A stretch of DNA of 64,000 nucleotides. It comes from Candidatus Aenigmatarchaeota archaeon. GTDB taxonomy: Archaea > Aenigmatarchaeota > Aenigmatarchaeia > QMZP01. Made by a program: the position numbers and the translations under genes. A model generated the notes under the pieces. It was not told where the DNA came from. It did not search any database and was given only the letters and a program-made list of their open reading frames with translations. How positions within the stretch are numbered: position 1 is the stretch's first letter; the number at the start of each line of letters is the position of its first letter. Location of the stretch: assembly GCA_016783545.1 (NCBI GenBank), contig JADHWJ010000001.1, positions 10,369 through 74,368 on the forward strand, in the 5' to 3' direction. This document shows positions 1 to 10,551 of the stretch, piece by piece.

Positions 1-306
1 GCCGCCAAGCTCTTTCGCTAATTTGCATGTTTCTTCAAGGTCTTTTCCCTTCTGAAGGGTTTTTTCAACACCGTAAACAAGTATCTCCCCCTTTTCTGTT
101 CTTACTTCCTGTCCTACTATAACATTTATACCTATTGTTTTTGCAAGTTTCTTTCCTTCTAGTCCACCTTTAGTATTATTATGGTCTGTTATGCAGACGG
201 TGTTAAGTCCCATTCTCTTTGCTGTTCTTAGAAGATCTTCTATAGGAATTGAGCCGTCCTTTGAATGAATGCTATGCACGTGAAAATCTATTTTTAAGTT
301 TGCCAT
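1..306 (-). CDS. PHP-domain phosphoesterase (partial, runs off window start)
   Basis: Manual translation from ATG at 306 gives MANLKIDFHVHSIHSKDG...VCITDHNN, the PHP HxH and TDHN motifs. Not in the ORF track. Confidence 0.85.
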   Translation of the reverse strand, partial: MANLKIDFHVHSIHSKDGSIPIEDLLRTAKRMGLNTVCITDHNNTKGGLEGKKLAKTIGINVIVGQEVRTEKGEILVYGVEKTLQKGKDLEETCKLAKELGG

Positions 307-357
307 AGTTACTATTTACATGATACCTTTTTAAGAATTTAATATACAATTATTCTT

Positions 358-1857
358 ATGGTTACCCTAGAAAATATACTGGATATTGCTAAAAGAAGGG
401 GATTCTTTTGGCAGAGCTGCTCTATTCATGGCGCTGTAGCAGGGTTTTATGACTATGGGCACCTAGGAGCGCTTCTTAGGAACAAATGGGAAGATCTTTG
501 GGGAAAAACCTTTCTTGGTCTAGATGATAATTTCTATGAGATTAAAACATCTGTTATAATGCCAGAAGCTGTATTCAAGGCATCTGGGCATCTTGCTAAT
601 TTCACTGACCCTATTGCAAAATGTAAGAAATGTGGCAATGTTATGAGAGCAGATCATATAATTGAAGATGTTTTGAAAGAAAGTTTTGAGGGTATAACAC
701 CTGAAGGTCTGACAGAACTGATAAAAAAGCATAATATAAAATGCAGCAAGTGTAAGAGCTCTTTGGAAAATGTAGAGTCATTTAACATGATGTTCCCACT
801 TGATGTTGGTGCAGGAAAAAGTACACAGAGATGCTATCCTTCTGCAGAGACAGCACAACAGGCTTATGTTAATTTCAAACAGGAGTTTGAAGCCCTTAGA
901 AGGAGACTGCCAATGGGTCTGGCAATAATTGGTAAGGCTTTTAGGAATGAGATTGCACCAAGAAATGCTCTGATAAGAATGAGAGAGTTCACACAGGCAG
1001 AGCTACAGATATTTTTTGATCCTGATACAATCAATGAACATCCAGACTTTAGTAAAGTGCAGAATTATAAACTTTCAATTCTTCCTGCAAAAGGCAAAAA
1101 GATAGTTGAGATAAACTGCAAGGATGCGCTGACAAAACTAAAGCTTCCTAAATTCTATGTCTATCATATGGCATTCGTGCAGAAATTTTATACAGATATA
1201 CTTGGGTTTCCAAAAGAAAAATTCAGGTTTAGAGAATTATCAGAAGAGGAAAGAGCATTTTACAATAGATATCATTTTGATATTGAACTGGATTTGGAAA
1301 GCCTTGGGGGTTTTAAAGAACTCGGTGGAATTCATTATAGAACAGATCATGATCTCAAAGGACATCAAGAAGTTTCTGGAGAAAAAATGGAAGTTAATAT
1401 TGAAGGCAAAAAGATCTTACCACACGTTCTGGAATTAAGCTTTGGTGTAGATAGAAATATGTATGCATTATTTGAGCTTGCTTATGTTGAGGAAAAAGAA
1501 AGAACTGTGCTAAAATTCCCAAGAATAGTCTCACCTTATGATGTAGCAGTATTCCCTCTTGTTAACAAGGAAAAGATGCCTGAAAAAGCAAGAGATGTTC
1601 AGAAGCTTTTAGCAGATGCTGGGTTCGTTGTTTTCTATGACAGTTCTGCAAGCATTGGTCGTAGGTATAGAAGAATGGATGAGATCGGTTGCCCTGCTGG
1701 AATCACAATAGATGGCGACACCATCAAAAATAACAGTGTCACAATCCGAGATAGAGATACAATGAAGCAGATCCGCATTAAGATAAAAGATCTGCCTGAA
1801 ATTCTCAAGTCGTTTTTATCCGGAGAGAAAATAGAGAAACTTGGCAAGTTGGTTTAA
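358..1857 (+). CDS. glyS: glycyl-tRNA synthetase (alpha2, archaeal/eukaryotic type)
   Basis: RRGF, GFYDYG, AETAQ, GKAFRNEI, RMREFTQAE, ELSFGVDR, and a C-terminal anticodon-binding domain (SIGRRYRRMDEIG). Confidence 0.97.
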   Translation: MVTLENILDIAKRRGFFWQSCSIHGAVAGFYDYGHLGALLRNKWEDLWGKTFLGLDDNFYEIKTSVIMPEAVFKASGHLANFTDPIAKCKKCGNVMRADHIIEDVLKESFEGITPEGLTELIKKHNIKCSKCKSSLENVESFNMMFPLDVGAGKSTQRCYPSAETAQQAYVNFKQEFEALRRRLPMGLAIIGKAFRNEIAPRNALIRMREFTQAELQIFFDPDTINEHPDFSKVQNYKLSILPAKGKKIVEINCKDALTKLKLPKFYVYHMAFVQKFYTDILGFPKEKFRFRELSEEERAFYNRYHFDIELDLESLGGFKELGGIHYRTDHDLKGHQEVSGEKMEVNIEGKKILPHVLELSFGVDRNMYALFELAYVEEKERTVLKFPRIVSPYDVAVFPLVNKEKMPEKARDVQKLLADAGFVVFYDSSASIGRRYRRMDEIGCPAGITIDGDTIKNNSVTIRDRDTMKQIRIKIKDLPEILKSFLSGEKIEKLGKLV

Positions 1858-1864
1858 GATTATT

Positions 1865-2584
1865 ATGGTAAAGGTTGCTGCTGCTCAAATAGAAGTTCTA
1901 GAAAATGTTAATAAAAACCTTGAAAAAATACTAACATATATAGATAAAGCAAAATCCAAGAATGTTGATATTGTTTGTTTTCCTGAAACATGTCTAAACC
2001 CAATAGAAGAGGGAAAAATTGATGTTTCAACACATGTCAAAGAAATTCAAAACAAATGTAAAGAAAAAGAAATTTATTGTATATTTGGTTCTTATGTTCC
2101 TGAAGGGAATAAGGCAAGAAATGTCACCTTTCTTGTTGATAGATCAGGTAAAATAATATTTGAATATGATAAGGTTCATCTCTGGATAAGTGAAAAAGGT
2201 AAAATTATACCAGGTAGTACAAATAAGGTTATTAATACAGACCTTGGTAAGGTTGGTATAATTAATTGTTGGGATTATGCATTCCCTACATTTATACAAC
2301 AACTTTCACGGAATGGTGCAAAGATTATTTTTGCTCCTTCTTATCTTGTTGGGTATAAAATGAATAAAGAGGTTTTACGAAAAGTGCCGTTAGTTAGAGC
2401 ATTTGAAAATATAGCATTTTACATATCTTGTGACGCATTTACAAATGAAACATTATCTGAAAGCTATATCTGTCATCCATTAAGAATTTTAAAGAAGATT
2501 GAAAAAAAGGAAGGATTGATTTTTGCTAATTTAGATATGGATAGAATAGATTCATTAAGAAAACATTTTGATCATTTAAAATAA
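1865..2584 (+). CDS. carbon-nitrogen hydrolase (nitrilase superfamily)
   Basis: FPE, YDKVHL and NCWD give the Glu-Lys-Cys triad. ATG 1865 preferred over the track start at 1841. Confidence 0.9.
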   Translation: MVKVAAAQIEVLENVNKNLEKILTYIDKAKSKNVDIVCFPETCLNPIEEGKIDVSTHVKEIQNKCKEKEIYCIFGSYVPEGNKARNVTFLVDRSGKIIFEYDKVHLWISEKGKIIPGSTNKVINTDLGKVGIINCWDYAFPTFIQQLSRNGAKIIFAPSYLVGYKMNKEVLRKVPLVRAFENIAFYISCDAFTNETLSESYICHPLRILKKIEKKEGLIFANLDMDRIDSLRKHFDHLK

Positions 2585-2614
2585 CGTTTATAAAACTTTT
2601 TAATAATTAATTTT

Positions 2615-3154
2615 ATGACAAGAGGGAGTTCTCCAAGAAAATATGCAGCACTAGTTTTTAACCCATTCAAAAAGAAACTTGGTTTTTGGCACAAAAGATT
2701 TCATAAAAAAGCACGGTTTTTTCGTACAACGGAAGGTGATGAATATTGCACTGGTTGTAGAAACTACGATCAAGTATGGATAGCTTATGGTTCAGATGAA
2801 TCTGTTTTTTCAGACTTTGAGCATGCAACACCAGAATCAATAATTCTTTTACCAGGGCAAGAAGTTGTTCGTTGTGTGTATTTTGATGAAAATTTTTATT
2901 TGGCTGGTTTAATGGGTGAACTTTTTTATGATGAAGAGGGTGAAATCGGAAATAGGGATGCAATATTTGGTTCATGGTACAATGGACTTCCAGAAAGCAA
3001 TCGCTACCATGGTTTTGATACAGAAGCCTCTGCTTATACAATGGCAAATCACAAACATAGAGGTGTTATAGCAGAGCTTTTTGACAGGCACTTTGAAGCC
3101 AAACCTGGTGCAAGGTCTCTTTCACCAGAAGAATGTCAAGCAATTTCTATTTAA
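2615..3154 (+). CDS. hypothetical protein
   Basis: 179-aa ORF with a TATA-like tttataaa about 25 nt upstream. No recognisable family. Confidence 0.6.
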   Translation: MTRGSSPRKYAALVFNPFKKKLGFWHKRFHKKARFFRTTEGDEYCTGCRNYDQVWIAYGSDESVFSDFEHATPESIILLPGQEVVRCVYFDENFYLAGLMGELFYDEEGEIGNRDAIFGSWYNGLPESNRYHGFDTEASAYTMANHKHRGVIAELFDRHFEAKPGARSLSPEECQAISI

Positions 3155-3789
3155 ATCTTCTCAGTAAGTAAAAAATTTCCAATATGAACTTTACTAGTAG
3201 GCATCTGAATTGTTTTGGCTTCGAGTATTTTGAAATGTTGGCTAAACAACTCTTTGACTTCATTCAGACTTGAAAAATAAAGTTCTTGTCCTGCCATTCT
3301 TGATTCAGATGGTGCTACTCTATGCTTTATTCCTGGCTCGCCCAGATGAGAATCCTGGTCATTAAAACATACTGAGAGATACTTTCCACCTTCGTTCAAT
3401 ATGTCTGAAATTTTCTTTTCATACTTCTCCCTTTCTTTAGGCATTAATCCATGAAGTATGGCCCACTCAAAAACAAAGTCAAAGCTTTCTTTTAATTCAT
3501 TTACATTCATAGCATCCATCACAAGAAATCTGATATTTACTCCTACTTTCTTTGCATTCTCTTTTGCATTTTTTATAGCTCTTTCTGAAAAATCAATTCC
3601 AAGAACATCAAACCCCTTTGAGGCAAGATAGATAGAATAGAATCCATCTCCGCAACCAATATCAATAACTTTGCATGGTTTGATTTTTCTAGACTCAATT
3701 AACTCAACTAATTGTTTAGGTGGCTTTTCTAATGTCCAAGGTGCATTGTTGTTTTCATATACCTTATCAAAAAATTTCTTTTCAATCAT
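3151..3789 (-). CDS. class I SAM-dependent methyltransferase (TehB/TPMT-like)
   Basis: VIDIGCGDG motif I, GIDFS, FDFVF, N-terminal APW. Confidence 0.9.
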   Translation of the reverse strand: MIEKKFFDKVYENNNAPWTLEKPPKQLVELIESRKIKPCKVIDIGCGDGFYSIYLASKGFDVLGIDFSERAIKNAKENAKKVGVNIRFLVMDAMNVNELKESFDFVFEWAILHGLMPKEREKYEKKISDILNEGGKYLSVCFNDQDSHLGEPGIKHRVAPSESRMAGQELYFSSLNEVKELFSQHFKILEAKTIQMPTSKVHIGNFLLTEKI

Positions 3790-3811
3790 ATAACATCATT
3801 TTGAATTTCGG

Positions 3812-4753
3812 TTATATAACCTGCAATGCAACGAAAACCGCATAAATAACTAACAAAATCACACCTTCTTTTTTTGTGATCTTTCTCTTTGTTCTCATGA
3901 AGAATATCAATATCACTGGCAACAAAATGAATATTGGCATACTTATCAGAAATGCCTTATGGCTTATGCTAATTGGAACCAAAAAACTTGCAAGTGCTAT
4001 CCCAAAGATATTGAATATATTACTTCCGATTATATTACCTAATGATATACCATGCATTTTCTTGAAAGCCGCCACAACAGAAGTTGCAATTTCTGGCAGA
4101 CTTGTTCCTACTGCCACAGCTATTATTGCAATCATAAATTCTGGTATGCCCAAAATGGCTGAGATGTCAAGAACAGAATTGACAAGAAGTATTGACCCGA
4201 CAACAATCATTCCTGCGCCAAATACACTAATTGATATGTCTCTGACGGTTTCCTTTTTAGATATTATTTTGCAGAAATTTTTTGTCTTGCTGATCCCGCC
4301 TCTGGAATTCTTAACATAAAGCAAAAAGATAAACATAACCATAAGCAAAATAACACCAGAATACCATGTTATGCCAGCAAACAAAAGAACTGCAAAAATG
4401 CCTGATAACAACAACATGAAATAGCCTTCATCGATATATGTTTTCTTCATTAACATGGATCTTGAAAGTACAGCAAGCCCTAAAACAAGACCTATGTTGG
4501 CTATGTTAGAACCTATCACTGTTCCTGAAGCAATGTCTATCGGTGTGTTCGTAGAGACCACCTGACTGGCTGCTGATACAATGGAAACAGATATCTCAGG
4601 TATGGATGTTGTGAAAGCTACAAAAGTAATTCCTATCATGAACTCTGATATTCCACATTTTTTTGCTATCTTTGATGCATATTCTGTTATATAATCAGCA
4701 CCTTTTACTAAAAGAACAAGGCCTGCAATGAAAAGCAGCAAAGGCATTATCAT
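3812..4753 (-). CDS. Ca2+/Na+ antiporter (CaCA, YrbG type)
   Basis: Two alpha repeats TTSIPE...GSNIAN and GTSLPE...GSNIFN, with multiple TM helices. Confidence 0.93.
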   Translation of the reverse strand: MIMPLLLFIAGLVLLVKGADYITEYASKIAKKCGISEFMIGITFVAFTTSIPEISVSIVSAASQVVSTNTPIDIASGTVIGSNIANIGLVLGLAVLSRSMLMKKTYIDEGYFMLLLSGIFAVLLFAGITWYSGVILLMVMFIFLLYVKNSRGGISKTKNFCKIISKKETVRDISISVFGAGMIVVGSILLVNSVLDISAILGIPEFMIAIIAVAVGTSLPEIATSVVAAFKKMHGISLGNIIGSNIFNIFGIALASFLVPISISHKAFLISMPIFILLPVILIFFMRTKRKITKKEGVILLVIYAVFVALQVI

Positions 4754-4759
4754 GGATTA

Positions 4760-5086
4760 TTATTTGTTTTTCTTCAACTTAAGTATGGCTTCTGCAAGGT
4801 CGCCATTAGTTTCTTCTAACGCCTGCTTGGCTTCCTCTTCAGAGACACCGGTCTGTTCTGCAACTGTTTTCACATCTTCTTCTGGTACACCCGATTCCCT
4901 TTCAGAAATCTCACCTGTTATCTGGAAGCTTTCCTGTCCCATCATGTTAAGCCTTGCAACATTTGGATTTGATATTACTATCTCTTTTTCTGCAGTCTTA
5001 ATTATAACTTCCTCTGCCTCTATCTCCTCTGTCTGTAAGCCCATTTTCTTTGCCATTTTTTCTATTTGTTTAGGATTTAATTTCAT
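4760..5086 (-). CDS. nac: nascent polypeptide-associated complex protein
   Basis: NPKQIEKMAKKMG N-terminus, GQESFQITG, UBA-like C-terminus (GDLAEAIL). Confidence 0.95.
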   Translation of the reverse strand: MKLNPKQIEKMAKKMGLQTEEIEAEEVIIKTAEKEIVISNPNVARLNMMGQESFQITGEISERESGVPEEDVKTVAEQTGVSEEEAKQALEETNGDLAEAILKLKKNK

Positions 5087-5216
5087 AGATATTTTTTAGG
5101 GTTTAGGTTTATAAAACAAGAGCAGCTGGATATATATAAATTATTTATATATTTCACAAAATATATTTTCCTGTTAGGTCTGTCTATTTATTATTTTTTT
5201 TGTAAAAGATATTCGC

Positions 5217-7856
5217 ATGTTAATTCAAATTCTTGATGTTGATTATGTAATGGTTGATGATAAGCCTGTTATAAGAATATTTGGAAAGAATGGAGCAGGG
5301 GAAGCAGTTTGCGGGTTTTATGAAGGGTTTCTACCATATTTTTATGTTGCTGGGGAAAATGCTGAAGAGGTATTGAAAGATGAAGACCTTAATTTTGAAA
5401 AAGTTAAAAGGAATATTATACTGAAGCACGTGCCTCAAGACGTTTTTAAAATTACACTAAAAGATCCATCAAAAACCCCTGAAATCAGGGATAGGTTAAG
5501 ATCAAAGGGTTTGAAACCATACGAGGCTGATATACTTTTTAAATATAGATTTATGTCTGATATGGGCATCAATGGAATGAACTGGATTGATATAACAGGA
5601 CCTGGTATACAGACAGAAAGTGTTTCAATCAACAAAATAATTCAAATAAAGAAAATGAAAGCTGTTGAGAAGACTGGGAATGCCGACCTTAAAACATTGG
5701 CATTCGACTTAGAATGTGTTTCAAATAGAGGGGGCATACCTGAGGCAAAGAGGGATCCTATTGTCATGATATCAATACTTTTTAGTCATGATTATAAAGG
5801 TACGGATAGGATGCTTCTCAGTACAAGGTCTGGAAAAGGTGTAACATATTTTGAAACCGAAAAGGCAATGTTGGAAACATTCATTAAGATTGTCAATGAT
5901 TTTGATGCTGATATTTTAACAGGCTATAACTGCAATAACTTTGATTTTCCTTATACACTAGAAAGAATGAGACAAAACGGTATAAGGGCTATTTTCGGAA
6001 GATGTAAACAAAAAACAGTATTTGCAAAAAGTATTGGTAATAGGCATAAAGTTTATATGACAGGAAGAATGATTGTTGATAGTTATACTATTGTAAAAAA
6101 GGATTTCTCGTTGGTGCGATATGATCTTGGAACTGTTGCAAAAAATCTGTTAAATGAAGAGAAAATTGATGTCAAGCATTCTGAAATCGAAACACTTTGG
6201 AGAGGAAATGATATTGAATTTGAAAGGCTTGCAAAATATGCCATGAGGGATTCTGTTCTTGCGATAAATCTTCTTAGAAAGCTTGATCTTACAAGTAAAT
6301 ATATAGCTCTTTCAAAGATATCCGGTACTCTATTACAGGACACACTTGATGGTGGAGAGACACTTAGGATTGAAAATTATCTTTTAAGAGAGTTTAATAA
6401 AAAAAAATATATATTTCCATGCAAACCAGAACCAGAAGAAATGGGCAGAAGAATGAGGGAAAGGGAAGAAAATTTCTTAAAAGGTGGATATGTTATAGAA
6501 CCAAAGAAAGGTCTGCATTCAAACGTGGTTGTATTAGACTTCAAATCAATGTATCCGTCCATAATCAATACATTTAACATATGTCCAACAACATTGACCA
6601 GAGAAAACGGCGATGATGTGATAAAATCACTGTCAGGTGCAATGTTCTGCAAAAAATCTGTTAAAAAGGGTATAGTTCCTGATGTTCTTGAAAATTTAAT
6701 GAAAAGCAGACAGGCTGTTAAAATGCAGATGAAAAAAGAAACTGATAAGGAAATCATACGGGTTCTAGATGCCCAGCAATGGGCATTGAAGATTATGGCA
6801 AACGCATTTTACGGATATCTTGGTTACCTAAGGGCAAAAGCATACTATATCGACATAGCGAATTCTGTTACATCTTATGGGAGAAATCTTATTCAAAATA
6901 CCTCAAAATCCATTAAAAAAATGGGCTACGAAATCATATACGGTGATACAGATTCTGTAATGGTTCAATCAAAAAAAATAGAACTTGATGATATAGAAAA
7001 GGAAATGGTGAAAATTGTTGATATTATAAATAAAGATCTTGAAGGCATACTTGAACTTGAGTTTGAAAAAATATTCAAAAGATTTTTACCGTTCACTAAA
7101 AAAAGATATGTTGCTTTATGTTTTGAAAGGGATGGTGATAAATGGAAAGAAAAGATGGAAATGAAAGGTGTGGAGACTGTCAGAAGGGACTGGTGCGAAC
7201 TTACATCAGAAACTATGAAGAGGATTGTTGAGATTCTTTTAAAAGAGAATGATGTTAAGGGGGCGGTTAACCACTTTAAAAATGTTATTGGGAAACTTAT
7301 GAAAGGTGAAATAGCTGTGCAAAAACTTGCTGTTACAAAATCCATGTCAAAGTCTCCTGAAAGATATGTAGGCATGCAACCGCACATAGAACTTGTGAAA
7401 AAAATACGAAAAAGAAGCCCTGAGGAAACACCTGGAATCGGCGATAGAATACCTTATGTTATTGTCAAGGGTCTTGGCCTTCTTTCAAAAAGAGCTGAAG
7501 ATCCTATGTATGTAATTGAACATGGCATACAGGTTGACTCTTCATATTATATTGAGAATCAACTTCTTCCACCATTGGAAAGGATATTCACCAGCCTAGG
7601 AATTTTCAAGTCAGAACTTATGGGCAATGGCAAACAGATGGGAATAATGGATGCTATTAAAAATCATGTAAAAGCTGCGAAAGAAACTGAAAAGGAAAAA
7701 GAAATAATAATTTCATCAAAGGAAATGAACGGGTTTGTATGTTCAAAATGCAATGACTTCCATAGAAGGGTTCCACTAGTGGGTGTATGTGAATGCGGCG
7801 GAGAGTTTTTGTTTTCCAGCCCCAAAGGCACTGCCACAACGATTGTTGCTGGGTAG
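5217..7856 (+). CDS. polB: family B DNA polymerase with C-terminal DP2-like Zn finger
   Basis: Exonuclease motifs FDLE, YNCNNFD, YAMRDS. Polymerase motifs DFKSMYPS, KIMANAFYG, YGDTDS. C-terminal CSKC...RRVPLVGVCECGG. Confidence 0.97.
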   Translation: MLIQILDVDYVMVDDKPVIRIFGKNGAGEAVCGFYEGFLPYFYVAGENAEEVLKDEDLNFEKVKRNIILKHVPQDVFKITLKDPSKTPEIRDRLRSKGLKPYEADILFKYRFMSDMGINGMNWIDITGPGIQTESVSINKIIQIKKMKAVEKTGNADLKTLAFDLECVSNRGGIPEAKRDPIVMISILFSHDYKGTDRMLLSTRSGKGVTYFETEKAMLETFIKIVNDFDADILTGYNCNNFDFPYTLERMRQNGIRAIFGRCKQKTVFAKSIGNRHKVYMTGRMIVDSYTIVKKDFSLVRYDLGTVAKNLLNEEKIDVKHSEIETLWRGNDIEFERLAKYAMRDSVLAINLLRKLDLTSKYIALSKISGTLLQDTLDGGETLRIENYLLREFNKKKYIFPCKPEPEEMGRRMREREENFLKGGYVIEPKKGLHSNVVVLDFKSMYPSIINTFNICPTTLTRENGDDVIKSLSGAMFCKKSVKKGIVPDVLENLMKSRQAVKMQMKKETDKEIIRVLDAQQWALKIMANAFYGYLGYLRAKAYYIDIANSVTSYGRNLIQNTSKSIKKMGYEIIYGDTDSVMVQSKKIELDDIEKEMVKIVDIINKDLEGILELEFEKIFKRFLPFTKKRYVALCFERDGDKWKEKMEMKGVETVRRDWCELTSETMKRIVEILLKENDVKGAVNHFKNVIGKLMKGEIAVQKLAVTKSMSKSPERYVGMQPHIELVKKIRKRSPEETPGIGDRIPYVIVKGLGLLSKRAEDPMYVIEHGIQVDSSYYIENQLLPPLERIFTSLGIFKSELMGNGKQMGIMDAIKNHVKAAKETEKEKEIIISSKEMNGFVCSKCNDFHRRVPLVGVCECGGEFLFSSPKGTATTIVAG

Positions 7857-7858
7857 AA

Positions 7859-8374
7859 TTATCTTGTTAACCAAAGCTGAACCATTTTCCTTAAAGCAAG
7901 TCTATTACCTTCTCTTATATCAACATCCATTGTTTTTTCGACTACTTCACTTATTTCTTCATCAAGTCTTGGATCATAATGAGTAAAGTCATTAACTCCA
8001 GAATCATCAATAGCTAAAGTAACCTTTCTATGGATATCTAAATCTGTGCCCGCCCGCCTAGTAAAATTAAAATCATATAAATCAAAAGTGAAAAAATCAT
8101 GCACACCCATATACTCACCTGGTTTTGTAACGAACTGTCCTCTTGGTAACTTAACAGTAGGCGAAGTGATACTTACTCTGAGAACAATATATTTTCCTCT
8201 AACTGTTCTACTTTCATATACTGTTTCTGCTTCACCAAAATTATCTTCTTCAATTTTATTTTCAAAGAATATGTCTTCAGGCGTCTTTCCTCTTTCAGCT
8301 GCCATATCAATATAGTCTCGTATTGAATCTGGATATCCTAACATAGATAATGGTGCTAGATCTTTTCCTGGCAT
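7859..8374 (-). CDS. hypothetical protein
   Basis: 171-aa ORF with protein-like composition, no family recognised. Confidence 0.6.
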   Translation of the reverse strand: MPGKDLAPLSMLGYPDSIRDYIDMAAERGKTPEDIFFENKIEEDNFGEAETVYESRTVRGKYIVLRVSITSPTVKLPRGQFVTKPGEYMGVHDFFTFDLYDFNFTRRAGTDLDIHRKVTLAIDDSGVNDFTHYDPRLDEEISEVVEKTMDVDIREGNRLALRKMVQLWLTR

Positions 8375-8432
8375 AACAATATTTTCTTTCTTTGATTTTT
8401 ATTCTTTTCTGAATGAATTATGCTTTTATACC

Positions 8433-8690
8433 ATGTTAACCACTTTTATTATGGATATTACATACATGCGCATAGAACAAACACTTTTCCCTAGTAGTGA
8501 AAACTATATGCCAGACTTTTCAAAAACTTCTAAAGCATGCACTTATTTTCCATTTTTAATCATGCAAAAGATGGTCTTTACAAGAAAAGCTGCCCAAATT
8601 GAAAGAGATAAAGATGAAGAAAAAGGGTTCTGCTGGGAGGACTGCGACATTGAGGAATGTCCTACATACCAAGCTGAAAGAAAGGAATGA
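8433..8690 (+). CDS. hypothetical small protein with Cys cluster
   Basis: 85-aa ORF (start uncertain) ending in CWEDCDIEECP. Confidence 0.45.
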   Translation: MLTTFIMDITYMRIEQTLFPSSENYMPDFSKTSKACTYFPFLIMQKMVFTRKAAQIERDKDEEKGFCWEDCDIEECPTYQAERKE

Positions 8691-8720
8691 CGCTTAAAAA
8701 ACTTTTATTTAATCTATTCT

Positions 8721-8942
8721 ATGAAACATATAAAATTGTACCTGAAAGAACCTATTGATGCAGGTCGTATCAATAATTTATTATTAAAATCATTATGTTC
8801 TCTTGGAAGTTTTGATTACACAGAAGATGAAGGTCACACTGCAACAGCAACCACTAACAACTCTTTTTATGAAGATCTTGAAAGGTATAGAGGCAGTATA
8901 TTCTCAAAAATGGAAGTAACTGATCTATCTGGTGAAGAATAG
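8721..8942 (+). CDS. hypothetical small protein
   Basis: 73-aa ORF with a TATA-like element about 25 nt upstream. Confidence 0.5.
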   Translation: MKHIKLYLKEPIDAGRINNLLLKSLCSLGSFDYTEDEGHTATATTNNSFYEDLERYRGSIFSKMEVTDLSGEE

Positions 8943-8971
8943 ATTTTTAGAAAGATGGAAAAGAATTCAAA

Positions 8972-9223
8972 ATGTCAAAATCATATTTCACCGAGAGAAT
9001 GTCAATTAATCAAGAGGAAATCGTATCAAAAATTAAATGTCCTGTTCTTATTATTCATGGCGATCAAGATGAATCTGTGCCTCTGGATCAATCAAAAAGC
9101 GCTATGAAATACCTATCAAATAATTCAAAATTAGAAATAGTAGAGGACGGAGATCACAGACTGAATGAAAAAATTAATATAATTGTTCCTCTTTCTGTTA
9201 ACTGGTTTAAGAAATATATCTGA
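8972..9223 (+). pseudogene. C-terminal fragment of an alpha/beta hydrolase
   Basis: CPVLIIHGDQDESVP...GDH (catalytic Asp/His) is present, but the GxSxG half is missing and an in-frame stop lies just upstream. Confidence 0.7.
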
Positions 9224-9256
9224 GATTTATTAACAAACTTAACCAATTATTCTATA

Positions 9257-9733
9257 ATGACACCAATAAGAATCCTCAAGCTTTTGATATCAATAATAGT
9301 GGCTGAGGTAGCCGGGTCAATAGGCTCTATATTTACAATGCCTTCACTGCCAACATGGTATGCCTCTCTTGCAAAGCCATGGTTCACGCCACCTAACTGG
9401 GTTTTTGCTCCTGTATGGACAATACTTTTCGCTCTAATGGGAATATCGGCATGGATAATCTGGGATAAAGGACTTGATAAAAAAGGAATAAAAGAAGCTC
9501 TGTTCTTCTTTGATGTTCAGTTCATATTAAATATATTATGGTCTTTTCTTTTCTTTGGATTAAGAAATCTATTATATGCTTTGATAGAAATAATAATTTT
9601 ATGGATTGCAATTGCACTAACAATATGGAAGTTCTATAAGATAGATAAAAGAGCAGCATATATTATGCTTCCATATATAGCGTGGGTATGTATTGCACTA
9701 GCACTCAACTTAGGAATAGTTTTATTGAATTAA
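9257..9733 (+). CDS. tspO: TspO/MBR family tryptophan-rich sensory protein
   Basis: WYASLAKPWFTPPNWVFAPVW, LNILWSFLFFG, LPYIAW. Confidence 0.95.
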   Translation: MTPIRILKLLISIIVAEVAGSIGSIFTMPSLPTWYASLAKPWFTPPNWVFAPVWTILFALMGISAWIIWDKGLDKKGIKEALFFFDVQFILNILWSFLFFGLRNLLYALIEIIILWIAIALTIWKFYKIDKRAAYIMLPYIAWVCIALALNLGIVLLN

Positions 9734-10086
9734 GGAAAGGGAACATCATCGTCATCAAATTTGTCCCATATTATAGCTCTTGCAGCTGATCTAACTCCTT
9801 CTCTAACTGCATCATTATATCCAGGCTGCACACCATCACGTTCTTCACGTTCACGATATGTTTCTATTCGTTCCTGAACATAATCAGCCATTTTACCAAC
9901 TCTCCAATCTCTATAAAATCCGTTTGCAATATTTCTATGATGAGCAATTGCATAGTAAACTTCGTCCATTAATTTTGGAAGAATTCTTTCTCCGGTTCTC
10001 AGTAACATCTGATCTCTTAACTCTTCAACCAATAGATGAATATAACTGATTTCTTCTGCAGCTCTCTCTACAACTTCAGGTGTCAT
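9730..10086 (-). CDS. hypothetical protein
   Basis: 118-aa ORF. The frame stays open for about 50 codons upstream of the ATG, so the true start is uncertain. Confidence 0.55.
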   Translation of the reverse strand: MTPEVVERAAEEISYIHLLVEELRDQMLLRTGERILPKLMDEVYYAIAHHRNIANGFYRDWRVGKMADYVQERIETYREREERDGVQPGYNDAVREGVRSAARAIIWDKFDDDDVPFP

Positions 10087-10309
10087 GTTAGTGTTTTCAA
10101 GATCAGTTTGATATATTATTCTACCCCATTCATCTCTTCCATCATCTGGTTTTTCACAGAGTCGTAATCTTACTGGCTTTAGGAATTCAAAATCATCTGA
10201 CAGATTTAAAAGTACTCCATCTCCACCTAAAATTACTCAAATTTCTCTAATTAGACATTTCATATTACCATGTATTAATTTCCTGTCCTGGTATGAATTT
10301 CATTAAAAA

Positions 10310-10537
10310 TCTCCAGTGGAAGTCAAGGGGTGTTGATTTCTCCACCGGAAGTAAAGATGTTCATATGAATAGTAAACCGATACCATGCAAAAGTCTCCTA
10401 AGGAAACAGAGGGGTATGAAGTAAATATTACTGTATTTTTTGTAATATTACAATTGTTCTAAATTCAATACAAAATCGACAGTATAAGAAATTTTATGAA
10501 GAATATTAACTTATTTTCCACTAGCAATGAAGGGGTG
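10310..10537 (+). promoter_or_regulatory. cluster of four co-oriented ORB-like boxes (possible second origin element)
   Basis: tctccagtggaagtcaagggg (10310), tctccaccggaagtaaag (10339), tctcctaaggaaacagagggg (10394) and tttccactagcaatgaagggg (10515) match the TCCA-N2-GGAA-N4-5-GGGG ORB pattern, with an AT-rich spacer at about 10420-10510. Confidence 0.65.
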
Positions 10538-10551
10538 TTAAGTTCATGTGA

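Noticed and set aside
10310-10537. CRISPR array
   Set aside because: Repeats are degenerate, irregularly spaced and match ORB boxes. There are no cas genes and no regular repeat-spacer array anywhere in the window.
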